From Dehalococcoidales bacterium (GTDB lineage: Bacteria > Chloroflexota > Dehalococcoidia > Dehalococcoidales > RBG-16-60-22): 64,000 bases of DNA. The first letter of the stretch is position 1, and each line of letters starts with the position of its first letter. A program made the translations under genes and the position numbers. Shown here piece by piece: positions 34,021-42,896 of this stretch. Below the pieces are notes generated by a model that saw nothing but the letters and a program-made list of their open reading frames with translations, ran no database searches and was not told the DNA's origin. The stretch covers positions 29,844 through 93,843 of the forward strand of contig DAOTYE010000001.1 of assembly GCA_034434915.1 (NCBI GenBank), read 5' to 3'.

Positions 34021-35152
34021 ATGGCATTACCAACCGGGCTTTTTATGGTAGAATACTTTCATATGTTGAGCAAACGGTATCGCAATGATGGCAAGGCCAT
34101 CTATCCGCTGAATGAACTGCAATTAGCCATCAAAAAACAAGTCCAGGAAAAGATAGCGCGGGGAATATATCAGTTTGAATCAGTTCCCTGCGTTATCTGC
34201 AAGGGTAATGATTTTGAGCTTCTTTCAGAGAAAGACCGCTATGGTCTCTATATGCCAGTGGTGATTTGTCAGCAGTGTGGACTCATTCAGACCAATCCAC
34301 GGATGAACCAGGATTCCTATAACCAGTTTTACAGGTATGAATACCGGCGGTTATATAACGGCGTAGAGGTCCCGACGGAACATTTTTTTGCTCTGGAATA
34401 TAGGCGGGGCAAGGCAATATATGATTATCTTTAAGAATAACATTCTCAAGGAATTCTCCGCTCAGCCGTTCGTTTTGGAGGTGGGGTGTTCTGCGGGTGG
34501 CATTTTGCAGTACTTCAAAAAGAAAGGATGCCGCGTCAAAAGTGTTGATTTGGACGAGGAGTATGTTCACTACGGGAGGAAAACGCATAGTCTTGACCTC
34601 TCCGTGGGGACAATTCATGATGTCTTGCTTGCTGAAACTCCGGACATCATCATCTATGCTGATGTTTTGGAACATATTCTTTCCCCGGACGTTGGGTTAG
34701 TCCGGGCAAGACAAGTCCTCTCAGCACGTGGTGTTTTGTATGTGGAGTTGCCAGGCGTAAAGAATCTGCTTCCCTTTTATCGGGATTTTTTGCGGTTACT
34801 GCAGAACGCTCATACGTTCCATTTTTCACTGACTACTCTTGTGAACCTTCTGGAAATGAGTGGGTTTGGACTCGTAGCTGGAGATGAAACAATACGGAGT
34901 GTTTTCCGAAAATCTGAAGAAAATGCTCGCGTGGCTGAGGTTAAAAGTGACTATACGTCAGCGATGCGTTATCTGAAACGGTGGGAGAGGTTGAGACTGT
35001 TGTTGCCTCTGCCACCCGGCGAGTTTAATGAGTTGCCTAAAACGGTAACTTTGGGTGTGCTTATGAAGCTACTGAAGGTGACCAGATTATATGGCCTTGT
35101 GGCGAAAATCATCAGCAGATTGAAATCAAGAGGAGAATCCCTGCCGGGTTAG
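34021..35152 (+). pseudogene. class I SAM-dependent methyltransferase with an N-terminal CxxC...CxxC zinc-ribbon-like segment, split by a +1 frameshift near 34431
   Basis: ORF 34021-34434 encodes CVICKG...CQQCGLIQTNPRMN...YNQFYRYEYRRLY...EYRRGKAIYDYL-stop. ORF 34388-35152, in the +1 frame, continues KNNILKEFSAQPFVLEVGCSAGGILQYF (motif I), then ADVLEHI. Skipping one T at CTT-T(AA) joins the halves seamlessly. The region is visibly AT-richer than its flanks. The true start is unclear (ATG 34063, MLSKRY, is possible). Confidence 0.6.
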
Positions 35153-35187
35153 AGTTATTTTCTGCCTTTGCTTCTGGTGTTTTAGCT

Positions 35188-35216
35188 TTGACAATAACTG
35201 ACGCAATGCTTAAGAT
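35188..35216 (+). promoter_or_regulatory. sigma70-type promoter of serA
   Basis: TTGACA (35188-35193), 17-nt spacer, TAAGAT (35211-35216), 30 nt upstream of the serA GTG. Confidence 0.5.
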
Positions 35217-35246
35217 GTATATTAATTATTTCAAGGCAGGTCAGGT

Positions 35247-36827
35247 GTGAAGATTCTGGTTACGGACCACATAGACGCGGCGGGGATTAAAATTCTCCGC
35301 GCCCATGCCGATGTGGATGTCAAGACCGGGCAGACGGCAGAGCAATTGCGGAGCATCATCGCGGGATACGATGCGCTGGTGGTGCGCAGTCAGACCCGGG
35401 TGACCGCAGATATCATAGACGCCGCGGGAAAACTGCAGGTCATCGGCCGTGCCGGAGTGGGGGTGGACAATATTGATGTTGAGGCGGCAACCCGCCGCGG
35501 CATCATCGTGGTGAATTCTCCGGAAGGGAACATCGTCTCCACGGCGGAACATACCATCGCCATGCTGTTAGCCATGGCGCGCAGAATCCCCCAGGCGAAT
35601 AACCTCCTCCACAGCGGTATGTGGAGCCGGGACTTCAAGGGCACTGAGGTGCGCAATAAGACGCTGGGTATTATCGGGCTGGGGAGGGTAGGCACGGAGG
35701 TTGCCAGCCTGGCAAAAGGGCTGAAGATGAACATCATCGCCTATGACCCCATGATTGCCGAGACGCGGGCGGAGCGCCTGGGCATCAAGCTGGTTGAGCT
35801 GGATACATTGCTGAAGACAGCTGATTTTTTGACAGTTCATGTGCCGCTTAATCCCACCACGAAAGGGCTCATCGGTGAGGCGCAAATCAAGCTGATGAAA
35901 CCCACGGCGATGGTGGTGAACTGTGCCCGAGGCGGCATCATTGATGAAAAGGCGCTTTATGAAGCGGTGACTGAGGGCAAACTGGCAGGCGCCGCCGTTG
36001 ATGTTTATAGCCATGAGCCGGCAAAGGATAACATCCTGACCAGGAGCGATAAAATCATCACCACGCCGCATATCGCCGCATCCACGGTGGAAGCAGAAGC
36101 CAGCGCCAGCACCGATGTGTGTGAACAGGTGGTAGCAGTCCTTCAGGGTTTCCCACCGCGCTCACCGGTGAATGCGCCCACCATTGCTAAGGAAGCGCTG
36201 TCCATCATTGGCCCATACCTCAATGTGGGCACGACGATTGGACGCATCGCCGTTCAGTTGATGGAGGGCAAGCTGAAAACGCTTACCATCCGTTATGAGG
36301 GAGACATCGCACGGCAGGACACCCACCCCATCAAGGCGGCGGTCCTGGCTGGACTGCTGGAAACCCTCACTGAGGAAAAGGTGAACATCGTCAATGCGGA
36401 CATGATTGCCTGTCAGCGAGGGCTGAATGTGACCGAGCAGAAAGACATATCCTGTGAAAACTATGCCAATATGGTTACTGTCCAGCTTGATACCACCGCC
36501 GGCACCACGCTCGTCGCAGGGTCGTCACTGAGAGGGAAGACCCACCTGACCCGCGTGAACGGCTACTGGCTGGAAATTGAGCCCACCGGCGGTTACATGC
36601 TGTTCACGGAGCATAAAGACCGTCCGGGCATGATTGGCATGCTGGGTACGCTTATCGGCAATGCGGATGTCAATATCAGCCAGATGCAGGTAAGCCGGGG
36701 CGTGCACCGTGGCGGCGGCGCGATGATGGCAATTTGCCTTGATGAAGCTTTACCTGAGGAATGTTACCAGAAGATAAAGGCGATACCGGACATGTACAAG
36801 GCGCTCCTGGTGAAGCTATCACGATAA
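35247..36827 (+). CDS. serA: D-3-phosphoglycerate dehydrogenase (long form with ASB and ACT domains)
   Basis: KILVTD, GIIGLGRVGTEVA (NAD motif), CARGGIIDE, HIAAST and a C-terminal ACT domain (DRPGMIGMLGTLIG); 526 aa; GTG start. Confidence 0.95.
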   Translation: MKILVTDHIDAAGIKILRAHADVDVKTGQTAEQLRSIIAGYDALVVRSQTRVTADIIDAAGKLQVIGRAGVGVDNIDVEAATRRGIIVVNSPEGNIVSTAEHTIAMLLAMARRIPQANNLLHSGMWSRDFKGTEVRNKTLGIIGLGRVGTEVASLAKGLKMNIIAYDPMIAETRAERLGIKLVELDTLLKTADFLTVHVPLNPTTKGLIGEAQIKLMKPTAMVVNCARGGIIDEKALYEAVTEGKLAGAAVDVYSHEPAKDNILTRSDKIITTPHIAASTVEAEASASTDVCEQVVAVLQGFPPRSPVNAPTIAKEALSIIGPYLNVGTTIGRIAVQLMEGKLKTLTIRYEGDIARQDTHPIKAAVLAGLLETLTEEKVNIVNADMIACQRGLNVTEQKDISCENYANMVTVQLDTTAGTTLVAGSSLRGKTHLTRVNGYWLEIEPTGGYMLFTEHKDRPGMIGMLGTLIGNADVNISQMQVSRGVHRGGGAMMAICLDEALPEECYQKIKAIPDMYKALLVKLSR

Positions 36828-36843
36828 ATCTGGAGGTAAAACG

Positions 36844-37023
36844 ATGGCGAACGAAAACGAATTGGAAGAGAAGATAAAGGCATCATTGGTGAACGGTAGA
36901 TTGCCATGTTCTGTGGCTTTCAAAATTGCTAAGGAACTGAAGGTGGGTCCGCGGGCGGTGGGGGACGCCTGCAACAAGCTCAAAATTAAAATCAGCAATT
37001 GTCAGCTGGGATGTTTTCCCTAA
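36844..37023 (+). CDS. small conserved-looking cysteine-containing protein (59 aa), function unknown
   Basis: Below the ORF-track cut-off. GGAGG lies 8 nt upstream of ATG 36844. Translation is MANENELEEKIKASLVNGRLPCSVAFKIAKELKVGPRAVGDACNKLKIKISNCQLGCFP. It has an HTH-like middle and a C-terminal CQLGCF. It starts 16 nt after the serA stop. Confidence 0.5.
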   Translation: MANENELEEKIKASLVNGRLPCSVAFKIAKELKVGPRAVGDACNKLKIKISNCQLGCFP

Positions 37024-37073
37024 GCCGAATAACTTCTAGACTGTCCTATCGTTATACCAGTGAGGAGGTTGCT

Positions 37074-37928
37074 ATGAAAAAACTCGTCATGGTCTTGCTA
37101 TTAGTCATACTCCTCATGGTATCGGCGGCATGCGCCAGGGCACCTGAAGCTGTCGCGCCAGCGCCGATGCCTGCTCCGGTTCCCGTTCCTGCTCCTGCCC
37201 CTCCCGTAATGTCTCTACCTTCCAAGGGAGGCGGAACAATCACCGTCATCAGTGAAGACCGTATGATTGTCCGCAATGGTGATATTGCCATTGTGGTGGA
37301 GGACGTGCTGAAGGCGCGCGATGACATTGCACGGCTGGCGGAGCAGTTCGGCGGGTTCGTAGTCTCGTCTTATGTTTCCGGGGAAGAGCTGGGCATGAGG
37401 GGCAGCATCACTATCAGGGTTGAGGATGACAAGTTTGAGACAGCCCTGGCGGAAATCAGGAAGCTGGCGGTGCGGGTGAAGTCTGAGAGCACTAACAGCC
37501 AGGACGTCACCGAGCAGTATACTGACCTTGAGACCCGCCTGAAGAATGCTGAGTCAGCGGAAAAACAATACCTGGCGATTCTGGAGAGGGCGGACAGGGT
37601 GGAGGACATCCTCAGGGTCTATGACAGCCTGAGGAACATACGCCTTGAGATAGAGCAGATAAAAACGCAGATGAGAAATCTGGAACGCATCACGTCTATG
37701 TCCCTCATCTCTGTCCAGATTGAGCCCAGAGGAACCACCGGTGGGGTGGTGCGCAAGGGGTGGAGCGCCCTGGAAGTGCTGAAGTCAGCGCTCCGTGGTC
37801 TGGTGACCTTCGGGCAGGTAGTGGGCACAGTGCTTATCTGGATGCTGATTTTCAGCCCGCTTTGGGGCGGCGTCCTGGCAATTGTTTACTGGCGCGCCTG
37901 GCGGAAAAAGAAGAAAGCCTCCTCATGA
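37074..37928 (+). CDS. DUF4349-domain protein, probable lipoprotein with a C-terminal membrane anchor
   Basis: MKKLVMVLLLVILLMVSAAC is a signal peptide with a lipobox-like Cys. A Pro/Ala linker follows, then a DUF4349-like body (RMIVRNGDIAIVVEDV...SITIRV...SESTNSQDVTEQYTDLETRLKN...EQIK) and a terminal TM helix. Confidence 0.8.
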   Translation: MKKLVMVLLLVILLMVSAACARAPEAVAPAPMPAPVPVPAPAPPVMSLPSKGGGTITVISEDRMIVRNGDIAIVVEDVLKARDDIARLAEQFGGFVVSSYVSGEELGMRGSITIRVEDDKFETALAEIRKLAVRVKSESTNSQDVTEQYTDLETRLKNAESAEKQYLAILERADRVEDILRVYDSLRNIRLEIEQIKTQMRNLERITSMSLISVQIEPRGTTGGVVRKGWSALEVLKSALRGLVTFGQVVGTVLIWMLIFSPLWGGVLAIVYWRAWRKKKKASS

Positions 37929-38172
37929 CCTCTTCCGGGCTTAAGCTGTCAATGGTGACGGTCTTTATGCGGCTGGTCTGACCTCTGGCGATAGCGATAG
38001 CGCTCTTTCTTATCCCCAGCGCGTGGCTGAGGAACTCAATAAGCGCATTATTGGCTTTATTATCAACCGGCGGCGCGGCGATTTTTATCTTTATCACGCC
38101 GCCGGCAGAGCCAGCAATCTCATTCTTCGGCGCATTGGGAATGACTTGCACCGTCAGTTTTGCCTCTGGCAC
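37852..38172 (-). CDS. DUF167 (YggU-like) protein
   Basis: LTVQVIPNAPKNEIAG...IKIKIAAPPVDNKANNALIEFLSHALGIRKSAIAIARGQTSRIKTV is the DUF167 pattern. GTG at 38172 is the most plausible start. The 3' tail overlaps the convergent DUF4349 gene by 77 nt. Confidence 0.65.
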   Translation of the reverse strand: MPEAKLTVQVIPNAPKNEIAGSAGGVIKIKIAAPPVDNKANNALIEFLSHALGIRKSAIAIARGQTSRIKTVTIDSLSPEEVMRRLSSFSARRASKQLPGRRPKAG

Positions 38173-38195
38173 TCTGACACCTAACGAACCGGGGG

Positions 38196-38381
38196 CTAGT
38201 ATTCCTGACCGCGGCTCAGCAGGAAGGTGATGGTCGCCAGGAACAGGATAGCTGAAAGCACAAACCAGAATGTCCAGGTGAGCTGGGGCATGAGCACGGG
38301 GATGACTTCCAGTGCGGTGATTATGCCCATGATAGCGCAGAGCCCGGCGATGGGACCAATGATAGCGGCCGCTAAAATCAT
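38196..38381 (-). CDS. small two-helix membrane protein (61 aa)
   Basis: MILAAAIIGPIAGLCAIMGIITALEVIPVLMPQLTWTFWFVLSAILFLATITFLLSRGQEY has two clear hydrophobic helices. AAGGAGG lies upstream of the ATG. Confidence 0.5.
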   Translation of the reverse strand: MILAAAIIGPIAGLCAIMGIITALEVIPVLMPQLTWTFWFVLSAILFLATITFLLSRGQEY

Positions 38382-38462
38382 GTGATAACCTCCTTTTATT
38401 CAATGACAGTTTCCGTTATTATATACTCAAAACCGATAAAAGTTAATAACCGAGGCTAAATC

Positions 38463-38939
38463 ATGGCTTCAGTGGAAGAAGAAATAGGCAAACTCCTGCG
38501 GGAAAAGGGTCTGACGCTGGGTGCGGTGGAGTCCGCCACCGGCGGGCTTATTTCACACCGTATCACCAATGTGGCGGGCAGTTCCGACTATTATAAGGGG
38601 TCAGTGACGGCATATAGCAATGAGGCGAAGATAAAGATTGTGGGGGTGCCGGAGGAGCTGATTCAGCGTTATGGTGCGGTGAGCTTCCAGGTAGCTGAAG
38701 CGATGGCGCGTGGCGGCAGGAAATTGCTCAACGTGGATATCTGCATTGCGGATACGGGCATCGCCGGGCCAACAGGAGAGACACCTGGGAAGCCGGTGGG
38801 ACTATTTTACCTGGGGCTGTCCCATGAAAACGGCACCTTCAGTCGGAAGCATATTTTCCAGGGCGACCGGTTGCAGAATAAAGAGCAGGCGGCGGAGACA
38901 GCTCTGGCATGGCTCAGAGAATTCTTGCAGAGCCTCTGA
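38463..38939 (+). CDS. pncC: CinA C-terminal-domain protein / nicotinamide-nucleotide amidohydrolase
   Basis: LTLGAVESATGGLISHRITNVAGSSDYYKGSVTAYSNEAK...ADTGIAGP is the CinA_C (PncC) signature; 158 aa. Confidence 0.85.
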   Translation: MASVEEEIGKLLREKGLTLGAVESATGGLISHRITNVAGSSDYYKGSVTAYSNEAKIKIVGVPEELIQRYGAVSFQVAEAMARGGRKLLNVDICIADTGIAGPTGETPGKPVGLFYLGLSHENGTFSRKHIFQGDRLQNKEQAAETALAWLREFLQSL

Positions 38940-39009
38940 CAACAACGCGAGATTGCCATTATGGCTCAGTAATGATATACTCGGACAAACCAGAGAAGGG
39001 AGATAATGC

Positions 39010-39744
39010 GTGAAACGGATTGACGGGCGTGCGCCGGATGCGCTGCGTCCGGTGAAGATTGTGCCCGGGTTTCAGAGCTTTGCAGAGGGGTCAGCCCTTA
39101 TTGAGCTGGGAAAGACCCATGTTCTCTGTGCCGTGAGCATGGATGAAAAGGTGCCGCCGTTTCTGAAAGGGAAGGGGACGGGGTGGATTACGGCGGAGTA
39201 TGCCATGCTTCCCCGCGCTACGGTGACACGCACCCCGCGCGATAGTATGATGGGGAGGGTGGGTGGCAGAAACCAGGAAATCCAGCGCTTTATCGGCAGG
39301 TCGCTGAGGGCGGTGGCTGATTTAAGCCTGCTGGGGGAGCGGACGCTCATTGTTGACTGCGATGTGATTCAGGCTGACGGCGGCACGCGGACGGCGGCGA
39401 TTACGGGTGCTTATGTTGCTTTGTATCAAGCCTGTCAGAACTTGATGAAGATGGGGCTGATTGCCGCCTCTCCGCTGAAGACCGCCGTCGCGGCGACGAG
39501 TGTGGGAGTGGTGCATAACTGTATGCTGTTGGACCTGTGCTACGATGAAGACGCCAGCGCCGCCGTTGATTTTAACGTGGTGATGACCGGCAAAGGCGAG
39601 TTCGTGGAGATTCAGGGTACAGCAGAGGGCAAGCCTTTCACCAGAGATACTGTAGATGGGTTGCTTACCCTTGCGGACAAGGGCATCAAGCAGTTGCTTC
39701 AGGTTCAGCAGTCGGTGATCGGCAGTCTGACGAAGAGACCCTAA
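39010..39744 (+). CDS. rph: ribonuclease PH
   Basis: [39 protein letters not shown] and [19 protein letters not shown]; GTG start. Confidence 0.95.
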   Translation: MKRIDGRAPDALRPVKIVPGFQSFAEGSALIELGKTHVLCAVSMDEKVPPFLKGKGTGWITAEYAMLPRATVTRTPRDSMMGRVGGRNQEIQRFIGRSLRAVADLSLLGERTLIVDCDVIQADGGTRTAAITGAYVALYQACQNLMKMGLIAASPLKTAVAATSVGVVHNCMLLDLCYDEDASAAVDFNVVMTGKGEFVEIQGTAEGKPFTRDTVDGLLTLADKGIKQLLQVQQSVIGSLTKRP

Positions 39745-41015
39745 GCTCTGACCTGACCGTTGCCGAAGATAATCCACTTGTAGCTGGTGAGCTCTTTTAA
39801 GCCCATGGGACCGCGGGCGTGCATTTTTTGTGTGCTCACCGCCACCTCTGCCCCCAACCCAAACTGAGCACCATCAGTGAAGCGGGTGCTGGCGTTGACA
39901 TAGACACAGGCGGCGTCCACCTCGTTCAAAAAACGCATGGCATTGGAGTAGTCTTCAGTAACGATTGCCTCTGAGTGACCCACGCCGTATTTTTCAATGT
40001 GCTCCAGCGCTTCGTCCAGCGATTCCACCACCCTCACCAGCGCAGTCAGGGAGAGGAACTGCTTGCCGTAGTCCTCCTGCGTGGCGGGGACAAGCTTCAG
40101 AGCGCGATGTGGTTTCAGAATTGCCATGGCACGCTCATCGCAGTGCATTTCCACACCGGCTTTCGCCCATTCGGCGGCGATGGCAGGGAGAGCGCGTTCA
40201 GCTATATCCCGGTGCACCAGGAGGCAGTCAAGGGCATTGCAAACGGTGGGACGCTGAACCTTGGCGTTATAGGTGATGGCTACGGCTTTCTTTAAGTCAG
40301 CGCTTTTATCCACAAAGGTATGGCAGACGCCGATGCCTCCCGTAACCACGGGCATACAGGCGTTCTCCGCGACGAATTTGATAAGCTCAACATTGCCGCG
40401 GGGTATCATCAGGTCAATGACGTCATTCATGGCAAGGAAGTGTTTCACCAGGGCATGGTCAGTGTTGTCAATGAACTGGACGGCGCCATCAGGGACACCG
40501 GCGCGAACCTCCGCCGTCCGCACCAGCTCCGCCAAGATGGTATTGGAATGGATGGCTTCTCTGCCGCCGCGCAGGATGACGGCATTGCCCGATTTCAGGC
40601 AGAGGGCGGATATATCTATGGTGACATTGGGACGGCTTTCATAAATGGCGCCGATGACTCCCAGAGGCACGCGCTTTTTGCCCACCTGCAAACCATTGGG
40701 CAGGGTGCGCATGTCAAAAATCTCTCCCACGGGGTCGGGCAGAGCGGCGATGGCGAGGACGTCCTGCGCCATGGCGGCAATGCGTTGTTCATTGAGCATG
40801 AGGCGGTCAAGCCAGGCGGCGTTCATGCCGGATGCCTGCCCTGCCTGGTAATCAGCCTGGTTTGCTTTTATGATTTCCGCCTTCCTGGCGATGAGGTCAG
40901 TGGCGATGGCACGCAGGGCGTTATTCTTGACCTCTGTGGAGAGGTAAGAGAGGCGGTGGGAGGCGGCTTTTGCCGCTTTACCTTTGGCTTGTAGTTCTGC
41001 GATTGCTTTTTCCAT
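39741..41015 (-). CDS. proA: glutamate-5-semialdehyde dehydrogenase
   Basis: [25 protein letters not shown] and NASTRFTDG are ProA blocks; 424 aa. Its end overlaps the convergent rph end by 4 nt. Confidence 0.95.
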   Translation of the reverse strand: MEKAIAELQAKGKAAKAASHRLSYLSTEVKNNALRAIATDLIARKAEIIKANQADYQAGQASGMNAAWLDRLMLNEQRIAAMAQDVLAIAALPDPVGEIFDMRTLPNGLQVGKKRVPLGVIGAIYESRPNVTIDISALCLKSGNAVILRGGREAIHSNTILAELVRTAEVRAGVPDGAVQFIDNTDHALVKHFLAMNDVIDLMIPRGNVELIKFVAENACMPVVTGGIGVCHTFVDKSADLKKAVAITYNAKVQRPTVCNALDCLLVHRDIAERALPAIAAEWAKAGVEMHCDERAMAILKPHRALKLVPATQEDYGKQFLSLTALVRVVESLDEALEHIEKYGVGHSEAIVTEDYSNAMRFLNEVDAACVYVNASTRFTDGAQFGLGAEVAVSTQKMHARGPMGLKELTSYKWIIFGNGQVRA

Positions 41016-41077
41016 AAAAAAATAATCCTGATTTCTAAAGTCTAAATTCTAAACTGCGCCTATTGTTTCTTCCTGTT

Positions 41078-41186
41078 GTCATTTGAGTGAAGCGGAGCAA
41101 TCTCTTTTTCGTCATTCCTGCGCGGGCTGGCATCCGGTCAATGCGTTATTGATTTCCTTCTGGATTCTGGCTTTCGCCAGAATGAA
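41078..41186. repeat. cluster of three REP-like units between an orphan ORF and proA
   Basis: Unit A: GTCATTTGAGTGAAGCGGAGCAATCTC (41078-41104). Unit B: GTCATTCCTGCGCGGGCTGGCATCC (41111-41135). Unit C, in opposite orientation: TGGATTCTGGCTTTCGCCAGAATGAA (41161-41186), which is copy 3 of the 8731/30439 unit. All follow a GTCATT-core-AATC/ATCC design. Confidence 0.65.
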
Positions 41187-41203
41187 GGTGTATTCCCCAC
41201 TTC

Positions 41204-41473
41204 TTACTCCAGCGTGCTGGTGCCGGTAAAGCGGTAGACAAACCGTGAAGGGACGGCGCTCACTGCCCGGTTGACCATCTTTTTCAGGTAGCATTTGCCC
41301 TTTCTGCCGTCTTCCGTCTCAAGGATGCATCCCTCGCCATCGCGCACTTTGAACACATTTCCGGTGACGGTGAGCTCACCCCACCAGTTCAGTCTGGTGG
41401 AATTGTGGAACTGGTAGTTCACCTCGCTGATGAACTCGTTATCGCTCTGTCGGTACAGCTTACCTGTCGGCAT
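41204..41473 (-). CDS. hypothetical protein (89 aa) inserted between proB and proA
   Basis: MPTGKLYRQSDNEFISEVNYQFHNSTRLNWWGELTVTGNVFKVRDGEGCILETEDGRKGKCYLKKMVNRAVS... No family recognised. AGGAGGAGAAATG Shine-Dalgarno context, 8 nt after the proB stop. Confidence 0.5.
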   Translation of the reverse strand: MPTGKLYRQSDNEFISEVNYQFHNSTRLNWWGELTVTGNVFKVRDGEGCILETEDGRKGKCYLKKMVNRAVSAVPSRFVYRFTGTSTLE

Positions 41474-41481
41474 TTCTCCTC

Positions 41482-42627
41482 CTATACCAAGGCTAGATTA
41501 TTGCGGTGTACCACCTCTGGACCGTAGTCAAAACCGATGATGCCCGCAATTTTATCTGACCGGGCGCCTTTAATACGGTCAATGTCTTTTGAGCAATAGT
41601 TTACTATACCTGCCGCTAAATGGCTACCCGCGGTATCATAGATATCAACGATGTCACCACGGTCAAACTCACCATCCACGCTGACGATGCCGGCGGCAAG
41701 GAGGCTCCGGTTATGGCTCTTCAAGGCAAGCGCGGCACCTGCGTCAATCACCAGCTTACCCCGGACACACAGCCCGCACAGCATCCAGCGTTTCCTGCTT
41801 TCCAGCCTGGTGGCGGTAGGCAGGAAGCGGGTGCCGATGTTTTCCCCGCCGGCAATTCTAAGGATGACGTCTTTCTCTTTGCCATCGGCGATGATGACGG
41901 TAACGCCGGAGGCTGTAGCCAGCTTTGCCGCTTCAATTTTGGTTGTCATGCCGCCGACAGCACTGCTGTCCATCGTTCCGGCGGCGATTTGTTCTATTTT
42001 ATCGTCTATCTGTTGCACCACGGTGATGAGCTTTGCGTCAGGGTGGCGGCGGGGGTCGGCAGTATAGAGCCCGCCGATATCGCTGAGGAGGAGAAGCAGG
42101 TCAGCGTCAACCAGGTTGGCTACCATTGCGGAGAGGTTGTCATTATCGCCAAACCTTCTGCCTTCAAGTTCATCCACTGCCACCACATCGTTCTCATTGA
42201 TGATTGGGATGACGCCCAGCTCAAGGAGGGAGAGGAGGGTGTTCCGGGCATTGAGATAGCCGGCGCGCTCAGAGAGGTCAGCTTTGGTCAGGAGCGCCTG
42301 GGCGACGATGATGCCATATTCCTCAAATAACTGCTCATAAGTGGACATGAGCCGGCTCTGCCCCACAGCGCAGAGCACCTGCTTGTAGGGGATGCCCTTG
42401 ATTTTGCGGGTGATGCCCAGCCTGTGCCGTCCGTATGCCATGGCGCCGGAGGAGACAATCAGGATTTCCATTCCCTGCTTGTGGAGCTGTGCTACCTGGC
42501 TGGTCAGCTTTCTCAAGGTTTCCTGGTTAAGCTGACTGCCGCTACCGGTGAGGAGGCGCGTGCCCAGCTTGACGACGATACGCCGGTAGGGACGGGACGT
42601 GCTGTCCAGTTTTTTGTCTTTATTCAT
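41482..42627 (-). CDS. proB: glutamate 5-kinase (with PUA domain)
   Basis: RIVVKLGT, VSSGA, GDNDNLSA and a C-terminal PUA domain. The internal ATG at 42627 (MNKDKKLD) is preferred over the track start 42672. Confidence 0.9.
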   Translation of the reverse strand: MNKDKKLDSTSRPYRRIVVKLGTRLLTGSGSQLNQETLRKLTSQVAQLHKQGMEILIVSSGAMAYGRHRLGITRKIKGIPYKQVLCAVGQSRLMSTYEQLFEEYGIIVAQALLTKADLSERAGYLNARNTLLSLLELGVIPIINENDVVAVDELEGRRFGDNDNLSAMVANLVDADLLLLLSDIGGLYTADPRRHPDAKLITVVQQIDDKIEQIAAGTMDSSAVGGMTTKIEAAKLATASGVTVIIADGKEKDVILRIAGGENIGTRFLPTATRLESRKRWMLCGLCVRGKLVIDAGAALALKSHNRSLLAAGIVSVDGEFDRGDIVDIYDTAGSHLAAGIVNYCSKDIDRIKGARSDKIAGIIGFDYGPEVVHRNNLALV

Positions 42628-42896
42628 ACAGTCTTTACAGGCATTATAGCAAGTGGCAGGGTGCCGGGACAAGGAAGACAGGGGGGTCTGTCCTGCGTTA
42701 GAAGGACATTGGTGGGAAATAATTTAACGGGTTTGTGTGTGACGTCACTTTGCTCTTCGCCTGACAGGCGAAGGATGCGCCATGGCATCACGACTGGTTG
42801 ACGGCGGGTTGCCTGCTGCCGTGCTAGCTGTTACAATGGGAGCAGGGCTGGTCCTCCCGGTAAGGAAGGGCGAGCCCTAAAGGTGTTTGAGGAAGT

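Noticed and set aside
37852-38403. Single 183-aa minus-strand ORF in the track.
   Set aside because: Only its C-terminal 106 aa match DUF167, and its N-terminal part is Arg/His/Pro-rich. A different frame there encodes a clean two-helix membrane protein (38196-38381) with a good RBS. The region is therefore called as two genes.
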